Shown here: positions 40,285 to 56,211 of the stretch, piece by piece
Position numbering within the stretch: the first letter of the stretch is position 1
How the letters are laid out: every line of letters starts with the position of its first letter
Notes under the pieces: generated by a model
Database searches by the model: none
The model's input: the letters and a program-made list of their open reading frames with translations, nothing else
What the model was told of the DNA's origin: nothing
Assembly (NCBI GenBank): GCA_963677925.2
Contig: CAXXYH010000004.1
Span: forward strand, 1,216,001 to 1,280,000
DNA: 64,000 nt
DNA from: Spirochaetia bacterium
Lineage (GTDB): Bacteria; Spirochaetota; Spirochaetia; UBA9216
Reading direction: 5' to 3'
Translations under genes and position numbers: made by a program

Positions 40285-41295
40285 TCAGTAACCCCTCGGG
40301 GCAAGTGCGGATAAATCATCCCATTCAGTAAAAACCTCTTCCTTTACATGTATCAGCCTCGGGATTGTTTCTCCCCTTGCAAGCTGCCGGCTCAGTGATA
40401 TAATTTCGGGGCCTGTTTTAGGATTGCATTCAATAACACAGTTGATTTCACCGCGTTCCAGAGCATCTATAGCGGCCTGTTCCGCGTCTATACTGATAAT
40501 TACTATATCCGTTCCGGGTTTTATTCCACGCTCATGCATGGCGTCGATGGCCCCCAGAGCCATACCGTCGTTGTGGGAGTACAGGACGTCGATGTTGTTG
40601 ATGGTGTCAAGAATTTGAACCATTAATTCATAACCCTTGGATCTTAGGAAGTCGCCTGATATGCTGTGCACAATCTCAATTTCAGGATACTCTGAAATAC
40701 AGTCCCGGAATCCTGCCGCTCTTCCGGTAGCTACTGATGAACCTTCGGTTCCTGTTATTTCAATAACCCGGATCTTTTTTCCGGATGTGCGGTTTTCTTC
40801 TATATACAGGCCGAATTTTTTAATTAGAAAATCTGCGGCATTCCAGCCTTCCTGTTCACTGTCTGTGCCGATAAACCCTGCATAAAGATTTTCGTCTTCG
40901 GTTTTGATCTTTCTGTCCGTAATCAGAACAGGAATGCCTGCATCTCTCGCTTCAATCAGAATATTATCCCAGCCGGTCGCCACTATCGGGACGAAGGCTA
41001 TCACATCAACCTGGTAGGCAATAAATGAGCGCAGTGCCTTTATCTGATTCTCCTGCTTCTGTTCTGCGTTTTCAAAAAGCAGCTGTACGCCGCTTTCTCC
41101 GGCTGCATTTTTGATTGATTCCGTGTTGCATTTCCGCCAGGCGCTTTCGGCTCCTATCTGTGAAAAGCCCAGAATGATGCCGTCGCTGTTATCAACGGTT
41201 TCGGGAACCCCGGTCAGGGTTCTGCATTGTATAATACTGATAATAATAAAAGCGGCGATTATTGCTGATGCGATATATGCAAATTTTTTCGGCAT
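40285..41295 (-). CDS. Sugar-binding periplasmic protein (YtfQ-like) in one operon with the two-component system
   Basis: [54 protein letters not shown]. Confidence 0.88.
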   Translation of the reverse strand: MPKKFAYIASAIIAAFIIISIIQCRTLTGVPETVDNSDGIILGFSQIGAESAWRKCNTESIKNAAGESGVQLLFENAEQKQENQIKALRSFIAYQVDVIAFVPIVATGWDNILIEARDAGIPVLITDRKIKTEDENLYAGFIGTDSEQEGWNAADFLIKKFGLYIEENRTSGKKIRVIEITGTEGSSVATGRAAGFRDCISEYPEIEIVHSISGDFLRSKGYELMVQILDTINNIDVLYSHNDGMALGAIDAMHERGIKPGTDIVIISIDAEQAAIDALERGEINCVIECNPKTGPEIISLSRQLARGETIPRLIHVKEEVFTEWDDLSALAPRGY

Positions 41296-41311
41296 TGAGA
41301 AGCTGTTCCTT

Positions 41312-41327
41312 GCGTGTACGTTAACAT
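41312..41327. promoter_or_regulatory. Third candidate LacI operator between the sensor operon and araD
   Basis: GCGTGTACGTTAACAT (reverse complement ATGTTAACGTACACGC) resembles the two sites at 29562 and 29644. Confidence 0.55.
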
Positions 41328-41398
41328 ATTCTAACCCTGATAGTATCTATAAGGCAAGAAAATATGTTATACTCGAAAAAAATACAGGAGTAGTGCTT

Positions 41399-42094
41399 AT
41401 GTTAGAAGAACTTAAAGAAGAAGTGTTCAGGGCAAACCTTGAACTTCCTGAATATAAATTAATCACCTTTACATGGGGAAACGTTTCCGGAATAGATAGG
41501 GAAAAAGGCCTGGTTGTTATAAAACCGTCAGGTGTCAGTTATTCTGATATGAAAGCTTCAGACATGGTTGTTGTGGATCTTGACGGAAAAAAGGTTGAAG
41601 GAGATCTTAATCCATCATCCGACACCCCCACTCACGTTGAGCTGTACAAGGCATTCAGTGATATCAGCGGTATAGTGCATACACACAGCCGGTGGGCGAC
41701 TATTTTTTCCCAGTGCGGTGCAGGTGTTCCCGCACTGGGTACAACTCATGCTGATTATTATTACGGTGAGATACCCTGTACACGTAAAATGACTTCGGAA
41801 GAAATTAAAACTGAGTATGAAAAGAATACAGGTGCTGTAATTATAGAAAGATTCAAAGATCTTGACCCTAATCAGGTTCCGGCAGTTCTTGTGAACAGTC
41901 ACGGCCCTTTTACATGGGGGAAATCTCCAAAGAATGCAGTTGAAAATGCTGTTGTCCTTGAGGAAGTGGCTATGATGGCCTGGCATTGTACTTTGTTTAC
42001 CGAAGGCAGTATTGAGCCGATGCAGCAGGTGCTGCTAGATAAGCATTACCTCAGGAAGCATGGTCCCGGTGCATATTACGGACAAAAAAAGTAA
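41399..42094 (+). CDS. araD: L-ribulose-5-phosphate 4-epimerase
   Basis: [69 protein letters not shown]; ATG 41399 after AGGAG. Confidence 0.96.
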   Translation: MLEELKEEVFRANLELPEYKLITFTWGNVSGIDREKGLVVIKPSGVSYSDMKASDMVVVDLDGKKVEGDLNPSSDTPTHVELYKAFSDISGIVHTHSRWATIFSQCGAGVPALGTTHADYYYGEIPCTRKMTSEEIKTEYEKNTGAVIIERFKDLDPNQVPAVLVNSHGPFTWGKSPKNAVENAVVLEEVAMMAWHCTLFTEGSIEPMQQVLLDKHYLRKHGPGAYYGQKK

Positions 42095-42589
42095 ATGATA
42101 AGACCTGTTGCTGCTGCGGATTCCGAGCGAATCTGCAGTATTTATAATTACTATGTTGAAAACACTGTAATTACCTTTGAAGAACTTGCTTTGACTGCTG
42201 ATGAGATGCAGATGAGAATAGCGGGTATCTCTGAATCCTTTCCCTATTTTGTGTATGAACATGAGGGCGAGGTTATCGGCTATGCTTATGCTGCGCGGTT
42301 CCGTCCCCGTGAGGCCTACCGCTATACCGTCGAACTGTCCATTTATGTTGATAAGGATTGTCAGCGGCTGGGTGCAGGTTCTGCTCTTATGCAGTCCCTG
42401 CTTGAAGAACTGAAGCATCGGGACTTTCATTCGGCTACCGGAATTATTGCTTTACCGAATGAAAAGAGTGTCAAACTTCATGAACGTTACGGCTTTAAAA
42501 AAGTCGGCCATATTTATGAAGTCGGCTATAAGTTTGGTAAATGGATAGATGTAGGGTACTGGCAGCTCCCGCTTTATACTGAAATTTGA
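42095..42589 (+). CDS. GNAT N-acetyltransferase (phosphinothricin acetyltransferase/YncA-like)
   Basis: IYNYYVENTVITFE, GYAYA..R.REAY..TVE.SIYV, SVKLHERYGF, VGYKFGKWIDV. Confidence 0.9.
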   Translation: MIRPVAAADSERICSIYNYYVENTVITFEELALTADEMQMRIAGISESFPYFVYEHEGEVIGYAYAARFRPREAYRYTVELSIYVDKDCQRLGAGSALMQSLLEELKHRDFHSATGIIALPNEKSVKLHERYGFKKVGHIYEVGYKFGKWIDVGYWQLPLYTEI

Positions 42590-42756
42590 CCGGTATTTTT
42601 ATCAAAGTGAAAAGGTCATAAATTCTTGTATTTCGGCATAGTTTTAACCATACTTTAGCTTTTTCGTGTTTAGCTAACTGGTTATTTTGAAAGAATTTAA
42701 TTTAATAGAAAAACTGATAAATTCGTGAATTTTATCAAAGAATTTTTATGATTCTG

Positions 42757-42886
42757 TTGACATAAAAAGGCCTTTTCTATATATTCATCATCACACGTCA
42801 GAACAACAGATTGTTTGAAACTGACTGAGAAAAGTCAGAGAATAACGGTTTCGTTTCTTGACACAAATAACGGTAATTGGTAGTAT
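42757..42886 (+). promoter_or_regulatory. Tandem rrn promoters P1 and P2
   Basis: P1: TTGACA (42757), 17 bp, TATATT (42780). P2: TTGACA (42858), 17 bp, TAGTAT (42881). AT-rich UP-like DNA lies upstream. Confidence 0.8.
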
Positions 42887-42927
42887 GTACCTCCGCGCTG
42901 ATAATGATGAGTTGTTGTCGCGTTCAT

Positions 42928-42962
42928 TGTTCTAAAACAGATATTAGGGAAGGAAAGAGAGC
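42928..42962 (+). promoter_or_regulatory. boxA-like antitermination site and 16S processing-stem arm
   Basis: TGTTCTAAAACA (a second boxA-like TGTTCTTTAAAA lies at 44983). GGAAGGAAAGAGAGC can pair with GCTCTCTTTCTTCC in the spacer near 44775. Confidence 0.6.
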
Positions 42963-43065
42963 CTGTGTTAATAGGTTTGATACTGAGCTACTTGAAAGAT
43001 AGTAGATAGTGCGAACCGTCAATTGTTAGGATTAAAATTGCTAAGCTTTATGTTTAGCAAATTAT

Positions 43066-44603
<1,538 letters not shown>

Positions 44604-44821
44604 CAATGTGAAAGGAACGTGACTAAGTCTGAAAACTTCGGTTTAAAACTTAGCTTAGAGTTTGTTTACAAACTTTAACGCTTTAATAGTCATGGAAAAA
44701 CAGCCTGTTAGGCAAAAAACAACGCAGTGAAGTTCAGTTTACTGAACTTCCGAGATGCAGCTTGCTGCATCTCCGCTCTCTTTCTTCCTTTTTTATACTT
44801 TAAAGTACTTTGTACTTTAAT

Positions 44822-44895
<74 letters not shown>

Positions 44896-45084
44896 ATTTA
44901 AGTAGGCTATTGCTTCTATAAGTAATAGCTGATTTTTTCGGGCCTTTAAGTAGGCAAGATACTGAAAACTATGTGTTTTTATTGTTCTTTAAAATAGATA
45001 AAGACTGTTGAAAGATTACAGTTTTGAAAACTTATCCATATAACAGGGAGTGGATAAGTATAGGGAAGGGTTAAGAGGTAATAT

Positions 45085-48071
<2,987 letters not shown>

Positions 48072-48216
48072 ATATTTCCCCTTAATCAATTCCCAGAGAA
48101 TTGAGCCAATAGGCTGCATGGACCAAGAAGTCCTGTGAATAGCAACCTATCGTGCCCAAAACTCAATCCCTGTTCGTTCTGCAATAGCAGAATGTAAGAA
48201 TAATTTTGAATAATTA

Positions 48217-48308
<92 letters not shown>

Positions 48309-48326
<18 letters not shown>

Positions 48327-48752
48327 TTTTTTTTATTAATTTCAAAAAGCAGTATTACAATTCTTAACTTTTAAAATAATCACTCCCGCTAACGCGTGAA
48401 CTGATGTAACTTTTTTCACGTAAAATCTATCTAAACTAATAATTTGCGGGACTACGTTAGGCCCCATAGGCTCACCCTGAAAGTAGCACAGCAGGCTTAG
48501 CCTGATGTATAGTAGGTCATTGCCAGGCTTTTTTTTATTAATTTAGACCAACGGTCTAAATTAATAAAATATGAGACCTAAGAAGAGCTTGAAGTTTGGT
48601 AATACCAAACTTCAGAGAAAGTTCTGAATATTAAGCGGTTATATAAACCAATAGAAGTCTGGAAGATAACCAGAGATAAAGGGCAGCAAAGCCACTTTCT
48701 CCGGTCATTGGAGAAGCCTTAGGCATCTATGCCAGGCTTTTTTTATTAATTT
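48309..48752 (+). repeat. Three spaced copies of the 5S rRNA 3' end plus T-tract (5S-anchored repeat array)
   Basis: 34-nt AGTAGGTCATTGCCAGGCTTTTTTTTATTAATTT identical at 48309-48342 and 48511-48544; TGCCAGGCTTTTTTTATTAATTT at 48730-48752. Confidence 0.9.
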
Positions 48753-48820
48753 GCTAATCATTTAAAATATACTTTCGTTATCAGCATACTGCACTTATAA
48801 TTTATTTGTGAGGTAAAGCA

Positions 48821-51004
48821 ATGCGTAAGAATGTAATCTTCGCATTCAAAAAGTTTTCGTCAAACAAAAATATTTTTATAAGTATAATATCTGTTTTTAT
48901 CATAACTCTTTTCTTTCCAAACAGTATTTTTTCTGAAGATCAATTTAGAAAAATTACAGTAGTCTATCCATATAATATGGCTACTGATTGGGACATGGCT
49001 TTTAATCAGAAATTTTACAATTCGATTATTATAAAAAGAGGAACCAATACCAGAATATCTTTTTTGAATATCAAATACAGTCTTGAGGATAATATAAATA
49101 GAAGAGTTAACCTTGTGCCGCAGATTGACTTAATTAAAGAAGAATACCAGCCTGATTTAATAGTTGCCATGTTTTCATCTGTACAGAATTTGTTTTTAGA
49201 TTTGGAAGATGATTCTTTAAATCAGATTGACAAGATATTTGTCCCAGTGGTTCCGCAAATGTTTGAGGAGCTTAATAAGATACCAAATTCGTTTATCATA
49301 CAAAGTTCATCCGGTTATGCTATAGAAAATAATATATTAAGTTTTAAAAATTTGCTTCCACAAAGAAGGCATTTAATTGTTGTGAGCGGTGCGGGTGAGA
49401 ACGACAGCCCATACCTTGATATGTTTAAAGCAAAAGTTAAAAAATTGTCAATGGATGAATATTATTCAATAGATTATATAGTAGGGCAGACTGAAGAAGA
49501 CCTGATTAATTCAATAAAAGAATTAAGTTCTAAGAACGGTATCTTGTATTTTCTCCCATACAATATGGACACTGAAGATAATGTTTATGAATTATCTTAT
49601 CTATTTCCAATAATTTATGAAAATGCTGATATGCCTGTATTCTCATTTTTTAATGATACAATCCCTTTGGGAGCTGTCGGCGGTATTATGACAAGCCCGG
49701 AGGCTTACGGTAGTTTTTCCGCCGAAGTCGCATTAAAAATATTAAGCGAAGGAAAGATTGATAATACGGAAGAGCAGACCGCATATGTGCATCAATATAA
49801 CTGGCTTGAATTGAATAAATGGGGTATTGATGAAGCCAAATTGCCAGATGATTGTGAAATACTTTATAAGCAGTATACCTTCTTTCAGGAATATAAATCT
49901 CGAATTATTTTTGTAGTTATTCTTGTTTTTCTGGAAACATGTCTTATTGTTGCCTTGTCATTTAATTTGGTTAAAAGAAAGCGTGCAGAAATTGAACTGA
50001 GAAAAAACGAAGGCTTTTTTGAAAGAACCGAAAAAATAGCCAAGCTGGCGGGATGGGAAATTGATAATATATCTAAACAATTGATACTGACAAAAGAAGC
50101 GCGGCATCTTCTAGGGGCACCAGTTGATAAACCAGTAGTAATAAAGTCAATATTGAAGAATATAGAAAGATCATATCTGCATGAGTTTATTCAGGCAGTT
50201 CATAGCGTAAATAAAAATAATTCTATCGATTGTGTAATTAGATATAAAACCTACTCCGAAAATTATTCCTGGTTAAGAATTGCAGGAGGCCCTGTCAGAA
50301 TCAACAGCAGGTTGACAAGAATGTCAGGAATTATTCAGAATATCACGGTTGAAAAAGAAAACGAACTAAGGCTTACGAAGATATTAAACGAAAAAGAAAT
50401 TCTTTTAAAAGAGGTTCATCACCGTGTAAAAAACAATCTGGCCATCATTTTATCAATAATTGAACTGCAGAAAGCCGCTTTTGAAGAACCCGTAATAAAT
50501 GAAATTTTACAAAAAACTCAGGGGCGTGTTCGAACAATTGCTTTGATATTTGAACTATTATTCCTGGATAATGAGGTAGAAGAAGTCAATCTTAAGAATT
50601 TTGTAGATATGCTTGTAAATTCAATTATCTCAGAAAATTGGGATAAGGGCCCCGGACTTAAAATTGAACTTAATGTTAGTGAAATTTCAATGAAACTTGA
50701 GATGTTATTTCCTATTGGTCTGATTATAAATGAGCTTGTAGATAATGCTCTACGGCATGGCCTGTATTCAGTCGATATTCCGGAATTGACTGTTATAGCT
50801 GATATTATAGATAAGAGAGAGAATCAGCTTTATATAATAATCCGCGATAATGGGCGCGGGTTTAAGAATATCGAAAATGAATCAGGGAAAAGTAAAACTG
50901 TAGGTCTTTTTTTGGTAGAAACACTTGTTGAGCAGCTTGATGGAATTTTTAAAAAAATTACAGAGGAAAACACAGTATTTGAAATTAGAATACCGTTAAA
51001 ATGA
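48821..51004 (+). CDS. Sensor histidine kinase (extracellular ABC-SBP-like sensor, PAS-like, HisKA_2)
   Basis: N-terminal TM, GAVGG...NWLELNKWGI sensor motif, TM, LLKEVHHRVKNNL, GLIINELVDNALRHG, DNGRG. Confidence 0.87.
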   Translation: MRKNVIFAFKKFSSNKNIFISIISVFIITLFFPNSIFSEDQFRKITVVYPYNMATDWDMAFNQKFYNSIIIKRGTNTRISFLNIKYSLEDNINRRVNLVPQIDLIKEEYQPDLIVAMFSSVQNLFLDLEDDSLNQIDKIFVPVVPQMFEELNKIPNSFIIQSSSGYAIENNILSFKNLLPQRRHLIVVSGAGENDSPYLDMFKAKVKKLSMDEYYSIDYIVGQTEEDLINSIKELSSKNGILYFLPYNMDTEDNVYELSYLFPIIYENADMPVFSFFNDTIPLGAVGGIMTSPEAYGSFSAEVALKILSEGKIDNTEEQTAYVHQYNWLELNKWGIDEAKLPDDCEILYKQYTFFQEYKSRIIFVVILVFLETCLIVALSFNLVKRKRAEIELRKNEGFFERTEKIAKLAGWEIDNISKQLILTKEARHLLGAPVDKPVVIKSILKNIERSYLHEFIQAVHSVNKNNSIDCVIRYKTYSENYSWLRIAGGPVRINSRLTRMSGIIQNITVEKENELRLTKILNEKEILLKEVHHRVKNNLAIILSIIELQKAAFEEPVINEILQKTQGRVRTIALIFELLFLDNEVEEVNLKNFVDMLVNSIISENWDKGPGLKIELNVSEISMKLEMLFPIGLIINELVDNALRHGLYSVDIPELTVIADIIDKRENQLYIIIRDNGRGFKNIENESGKSKTVGLFLVETLVEQLDGIFKKITEENTVFEIRIPLK

Positions 51005-51053
51005 ACTGTACTTATTTATTAATTGAAGTTAAAATAATTCCGGGAGAAAAAAT

Positions 51054-51392
51054 ATGAAAAAGTCAAATTTATTAGTTCTTATCTTTATATCATTTATTTT
51101 AATTGGATGTAATTTGTCCGGTAATTCAATTCTTTTAATTAATGAAACTGAATATACTGTATTTTTCGAATACCGTGACGGTTCTAAAGATAATGGTGCA
51201 GATAATATGGTGACAGCTGAAATAGCTGCAGAATCTGATTTAACCCTGAATGATGTCGAACTATGGGGTATTGGATCTGAAAAAGAGTTATTATACTCTG
51301 GTGCATGGACAGATGAAGGCGTTGATATTGATGTAAACCAGCTGCCTGGAACTGTCTTATGGCCACTAACGGTCAGATTTACGGAAGAGTAG
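51054..51392 (+). CDS. Hypothetical lipoprotein
   Basis: MKK, hydrophobic stretch, LIGC lipobox; GGGAG SD. Confidence 0.7.
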   Translation: MKKSNLLVLIFISFILIGCNLSGNSILLINETEYTVFFEYRDGSKDNGADNMVTAEIAAESDLTLNDVELWGIGSEKELLYSGAWTDEGVDIDVNQLPGTVLWPLTVRFTEE

Positions 51393-51397
51393 AATCT

Positions 51398-52303
51398 TCA
51401 CAGGCGGATATTAAGCCAGTTCTGAATATCATCCAAAACCTCATCTTTTAATGGTTCGTTTAGTATTTCGTGCCGGGCGCCTTTATAGAATTTTAAAGTT
51501 ACATCATTTTTTTCTGATGAACGTAGACTGTTGAATATTTTTTTTACCTCTCTTCCGTATCTTCCTACAGGGTCTTCTGTCCCAGATATAAGCAGAATTG
51601 ATGTTTTGTCCGGTATTTTTTTCAGATTCTTTAAAGAATGAATCTCTTTAAGCAATTCAATAAGATCCAGATAAAATGAAGAACTGTACATTGACAGACC
51701 CTGTCCACGATTTTCAATAAACTCTTTAACTACCTTTTCATCGGAGCATATCCAGTCAAAAAATGTTTTAGGGTGTTTAATCCTGCGGTTAAAATCGGCA
51801 AAACTTAAAATATTTACAAGCAGACTGGATTTATTACTTTTATACCAGCCACCTGTCAGCCCTGTGATGAAAAGGCCGGCGAAAGTCTTTAATTGGGAAA
51901 TCCCGCCGGTTCCGGAGAGTATTATTCCATTTAAAGACGTACCATATTTGATGGCATACTGAAGGGCAATGAAGGAGCCCAAACTATGTCCAAGTATATA
52001 AAATGGAAGTTTGGAATACTCATTCTCAATCAGATTGTGAAGCTTGTGTATATCACTTATCATATCTGAAATAGAAGGGTTTTCTGCATTAGACTCTCCA
52101 TGACCTCTTAAGTCGGGGATTGTACAGATGAATCCTCTTGAACATAGATATTGTGCGGTATATCGGTATCTTTCCTTATACTCGCCCATTCCGTGGAGTA
52201 TTATTATGAGACCACGGGCCTTTATCGGGAAGGACGGTTTACAAAGGTTATAAAAGATTTCAGTGCTATCTTCAGCTGTAAAATTAAAAACACTGGTGCT
52301 CAA
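51398..52303 (-). CDS. Alpha/beta hydrolase (lysophospholipase-like)
   Basis: ILHGMGEY..RY, DLRGHG, GHSLGS, GTEDPVG, ARHEILNE. Confidence 0.9.
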   Translation of the reverse strand: MSTSVFNFTAEDSTEIFYNLCKPSFPIKARGLIIILHGMGEYKERYRYTAQYLCSRGFICTIPDLRGHGESNAENPSISDMISDIHKLHNLIENEYSKLPFYILGHSLGSFIALQYAIKYGTSLNGIILSGTGGISQLKTFAGLFITGLTGGWYKSNKSSLLVNILSFADFNRRIKHPKTFFDWICSDEKVVKEFIENRGQGLSMYSSSFYLDLIELLKEIHSLKNLKKIPDKTSILLISGTEDPVGRYGREVKKIFNSLRSSEKNDVTLKFYKGARHEILNEPLKDEVLDDIQNWLNIRL

Positions 52304-52884
52304 TCTTTTTTATTTCTCCTGAAAGGATTCATAGTCAGGAACGCACTGTCACTTCCCTTAAAGTTTGAAATTGCTCCTGTGACGGCAAGAAAAATACTCA
52401 AACCAAGCAGGATGAATTTTAATGATGTAAACACAGCTAAAATAATTGCGCTGTAATTGTTGATTAAATTATGGGAAAAATTTAGAATTATCAGAGTAAT
52501 ATTTTCGGTATAGTCGAAGATTGCACCGAATAACGGGGTAAGAAGAATCCATCGGTAATTTACCGGTTCGCTGTATTTTATACGGTATATAAAATTTAGA
52601 ATTACAGAAAGCATTATTGCATATACTGCCGGAAAAAGAAAATCGACTGACCTTATAATTCCATAAGCGATAGTTCCGTCTGTTTTATATGCTTCAAACA
52701 AACTTGAAAGCTGTTCCGAAGTTAAACCTATTTTCATATCAGGAATAAGAGACGTTCCGCATTCGGCTTCAAGTCTGTTCATCAGTACTGCAAATACAGT
52801 TTCCATAACGATAAAAAGAATTATTAAAACAGAAAATGCTGTTTTGCTGGTCAAAAAATTGACTGATTTTATGTAGTTTTTCAT
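52300..52884 (-). CDS. Hypothetical membrane protein
   Basis: About four hydrophobic helices, DFLFPAVY and FDYTEN motifs; start uncertain (52884 or 52911). Confidence 0.7.
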   Translation of the reverse strand: MKNYIKSVNFLTSKTAFSVLIILFIVMETVFAVLMNRLEAECGTSLIPDMKIGLTSEQLSSLFEAYKTDGTIAYGIIRSVDFLFPAVYAIMLSVILNFIYRIKYSEPVNYRWILLTPLFGAIFDYTENITLIILNFSHNLINNYSAIILAVFTSLKFILLGLSIFLAVTGAISNFKGSDSAFLTMNPFRRNKKD

Positions 52885-53046
52885 TAGACAATATTTTATG
52901 TTGAAACTCAATTTTAAGCAAGAATGGTCATATGTTCACAATAATGAACAAAAAATCATTAATATTAGTGAATATATGTTCAAGCTATTGCACAAATATC
53001 CGCTAGCTAATAATATTCCGACGTAAATGTAATACGGGAGTTGTAA

Positions 53047-55116
53047 ATGGAAATTCAATATGTACTTTATGCTGTTCTTATAGGCAGCTTACTGGCTCTT
53101 GCATACGCTCTTCTAAGATCAAGGTGGATTTACCGGCAGGAAGTTGGAAATGAAACTTTAAAAAGAATCGGCGGATATGTATCTGAAGGAGCTATGGCCT
53201 TTTTAAGCAGGGAATACAGAGTTCTGGTACCTTTTGTTGTTCTGGTAGCTGCTTTTCTGGCTATCGGTAATAAGGGTGCTATCAGGCTTCAGTCTCTGTC
53301 TTTTGTATTGGGTGCGCTTTGTTCTGCACTTGCAGGTTTTATCGGAATGAAGGTTGCAACAGCTTCCAACTCAAGAACAACTCAGGCAGCTAAAGATAAG
53401 GGTCTTAATGGTGCTCTAAAAGTGGCTTTCTCAGGCGGAAGTGTCATGGGGATGAGCGTTGTAGGTCTTGCTCTCATGGGACTTTTTATCGTTCTTGTTG
53501 TTACAACCAATCTGTTTGGTGAAGATGTTGATACACTTTCATCTGTAATACTTCCAATTGTTACAGGCTTTTCGCTTGGAGCTTCTTCAATTGCGCTCTT
53601 TTCTCGTGTAGGCGGAGGTATCTTTACTAAAGCTGCAGATGTTGGTGCAGACCTTGTCGGTAAGGTTGAAGCTGGTATACCTGAAGATGACCCGCGTAAC
53701 CCGGCTACTATTGCAGATAACGTAGGTGATAATGTCGGTGATGTTGCAGGTATGGGTGCAGACCTTTTTGAGTCTTTTGTCGGCTCAATTGCCGGTTCTA
53801 TGATTCTGGGTCTCACAATTGTAGCAGAAGATGCCCTTAAAGTTAAAATGATGCTTCTTCCTCTGATTCTTGTAACAGTCGGAGTTGCTGCATCGCTGAT
53901 CGGTACTCTGTTTGTAAGGACCAAACCGGGAAAGAATCCGCAGAAAGCGCTAAATGCCGGAACCTTCGGTGCAGGGCTTCTTGCAACTGCTATGACTTTT
54001 GTTGTACTGAAATTTTTTATCGGTGATGCTACTTTTAACGGCGGTGCCGGTATCTACCATATCTTCGGTTCATGTGTAATTGGACTTGCTGCCGGTGTTA
54101 TCATCGGTCTTATGACTGAGTATTTTACGGGTACAGATACAAGACCTGTAACTTCCATTATGAAATCATGTGAAACCGGTCCTGCTACAACACTTATCAC
54201 AGGGCTTGGTGTCGGAATGGTAAGCGCCTTCCCTGCAATCATCATTATCGGAGCAGCTATATGGACGAGTTTTGCTCTTGCCGGGCTTTACGGTGTTGGT
54301 ATTGCCGCTGTCGGTATGCTTATCACACTCGGTATTCAGCTTGCAGTAGATGCTTACGGTCCGATTGCTGATAATGCCGGAGGACTTGCAGAAATGTCGG
54401 AGTTTCCGCCTGAGGTAAGAGATATCACCGATAATCTTGATGCGGTTGGAAATACTACTGCCGCCATTGGAAAGGGTTTTGCAATCGGCTCAGCAGCTCT
54501 TACTGCAATCATTCTTTTTACTTCGTTTAAAGAACAGTCCGGAATATCAAGTGTAGACCTTACAAATATCCCTGTTCTTGTAGGTATTCTGCTTGGTGCG
54601 GTTATTCCCTATCTTTTCTCATCAATGGCAATGAATGCTGTAGGTAAAGCCGCATATAAGATGATTGAAGAGGTTAGAAGACAGTTCAGAGAGAAACCCG
54701 GTATTCTTAATGATGAAGAAGAACCTGACTACAAACGATGTGTTGATATCAGTACTCAGGCGGCTCTTAAGGAAATGATTCTTCCCGGAGTTGTCTCTAT
54801 TATAACACCGATTATTGTAGGCTTTACAGGCGGACCTGATATGCTCATCGGTCTTCTTACCGGTGTAACAGCCTCAGGCGTTGTTCTTGCTATCTTTATG
54901 TCAAATGCAGGCGGTGCCTGGGACAATGCTAAAAAGATGGTAGAAGCCGGCGGAAGCGGCGGAAAGGGCTCTGATGCTCACAAAGCTGCCGTTGTAGGTG
55001 ATACTGTCGGTGATCCGTTCAAGGATACAGCCGGCCCGTCAATAAATATTCTTATTAAATTGATGTCTATGGTATCGCTTGTTATCGCACCTATGTTAAA
55101 ATCGTTCTGGGGGTAA
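53047..55116 (+). CDS. hppA: Membrane-integral pyrophosphatase, K+-dependent, probably Na+-translocating
   Basis: [42 protein letters not shown] (Na+-PPase-type Glu position), GNTTAA (Ala marks K+ dependence), [11 protein letters not shown]. Confidence 0.95.
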   Translation: MEIQYVLYAVLIGSLLALAYALLRSRWIYRQEVGNETLKRIGGYVSEGAMAFLSREYRVLVPFVVLVAAFLAIGNKGAIRLQSLSFVLGALCSALAGFIGMKVATASNSRTTQAAKDKGLNGALKVAFSGGSVMGMSVVGLALMGLFIVLVVTTNLFGEDVDTLSSVILPIVTGFSLGASSIALFSRVGGGIFTKAADVGADLVGKVEAGIPEDDPRNPATIADNVGDNVGDVAGMGADLFESFVGSIAGSMILGLTIVAEDALKVKMMLLPLILVTVGVAASLIGTLFVRTKPGKNPQKALNAGTFGAGLLATAMTFVVLKFFIGDATFNGGAGIYHIFGSCVIGLAAGVIIGLMTEYFTGTDTRPVTSIMKSCETGPATTLITGLGVGMVSAFPAIIIIGAAIWTSFALAGLYGVGIAAVGMLITLGIQLAVDAYGPIADNAGGLAEMSEFPPEVRDITDNLDAVGNTTAAIGKGFAIGSAALTAIILFTSFKEQSGISSVDLTNIPVLVGILLGAVIPYLFSSMAMNAVGKAAYKMIEEVRRQFREKPGILNDEEEPDYKRCVDISTQAALKEMILPGVVSIITPIIVGFTGGPDMLIGLLTGVTASGVVLAIFMSNAGGAWDNAKKMVEAGGSGGKGSDAHKAAVVGDTVGDPFKDTAGPSINILIKLMSMVSLVIAPMLKSFWG

Positions 55117-55124
55117 TTTAATTT

Positions 55125-55916
55125 ATGGTTGATTATATGTACGGCAGATACCTTTACATGATCTGTCATCCGAATCAGGCTCTTGTAGCATCACAGTATG
55201 AACCTTCAAAGTTTGCCAGACATTACAGTTCCGGCTCAACAAGGTATTATGATGGTAAACTGATCTTTGCAGAAATTGATACCGATTTCCGTAATCCTTA
55301 CTTCGATATTGATAAGGGTTTTGAGGCTCTGGTACCGCATGAAGACGGCAGACCCAAGGCTACAAAGTTTATCAGCACTTACAGGGTTCTTGAGCATGTT
55401 GATTTTGATGCAATAAAGCACCTTCACCTTGCTAATTCTGACGGATCATGTTATCCGCTTTCCCCTGCAGAATATGATGCAGTGCATCAGCCTGATTTTT
55501 TAAGGATCTTTGCTGAGATTGCTCCGCTTAAAATGCTTGTACTGTCAAGTTCAAACTTCAGTGAGTACGGCAAGTGGATAACTGATCCGGACAACAACAA
55601 GGGCGCTCCAAAGATGCTTTACACTCAGTTTGACCTTAATATTGCTGATTTTCTAAACGATTTTGAGGCAAATCCGCTTATGCCTAATCCTCTTCCGAGT
55701 GTTCATCCTTCAAAACTCAGAGATGCAATTTTTGAGATTAAAAGCACTCCGAAGCATACAAAAGGATTGAGTATAGATTTCTCTTTCAAGAATAAATCAT
55801 TCAGGCAGATTAGACATGGCTTCATGTTTGCATCACCTGATAAAGAGGTTTTCTTTCCGATGCCTTCATTTGATGTAATTGAAAAAGAGAACTATAAATT
55901 CTGGCGCAATATGTGA
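55125..55916 (+). CDS. Conserved hypothetical cytoplasmic protein
   Basis: 263-aa ORF 8 bp after hppA; motifs [38 protein letters not shown]. Confidence 0.8.
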   Translation: MVDYMYGRYLYMICHPNQALVASQYEPSKFARHYSSGSTRYYDGKLIFAEIDTDFRNPYFDIDKGFEALVPHEDGRPKATKFISTYRVLEHVDFDAIKHLHLANSDGSCYPLSPAEYDAVHQPDFLRIFAEIAPLKMLVLSSSNFSEYGKWITDPDNNKGAPKMLYTQFDLNIADFLNDFEANPLMPNPLPSVHPSKLRDAIFEIKSTPKHTKGLSIDFSFKNKSFRQIRHGFMFASPDKEVFFPMPSFDVIEKENYKFWRNM

Positions 55917-55950
55917 TAGTATAAAGGATAATCTATTATCAGGAGCTATT

Positions 55951-56211
55951 ATGGCCAAAAGTCAACTTAGACTGATTATTGGAATTGTTATTCTTGCGGT
56001 TGGTATCGTTGTAGGTGTATACGGAATATATCTGTATAATAATCTGCAGTCATCAGTTATGAACTCGCTTGAGAAGGCGTTTGTGGGAAGCACTGACGCA
56101 GAGACCCAGGCAATTATCTTTATGGGCAGCGGTGCAGTTGGTGCTGTTCTGGGGCTGGTAATTCTGCTGACAGGCGGAAGCCGCAGAGGCAGAGGCCGTC
56201 GCAGACGCTAG
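55951..56211 (+). CDS. Small two-TM membrane protein (DUF3185-like)
   Basis: IIGIVILAVGIVV...SLEKAFVGSTD...GAVGAVLGLVILL with an Arg-rich tail; ATG after AGGAG. Confidence 0.65.
   Translation: MAKSQLRLIIGIVILAVGIVVGVYGIYLYNNLQSSVMNSLEKAFVGSTDAETQAIIFMGSGAVGAVLGLVILLTGGSRRGRGRRRR

Noticed and set aside
41111-41398. 96-codon N-terminal extension of AraD in the ORF track
   Set aside because: Overlaps the divergent SBP gene; canonical AraD starts at MLEELK (41399) after AGGAG.
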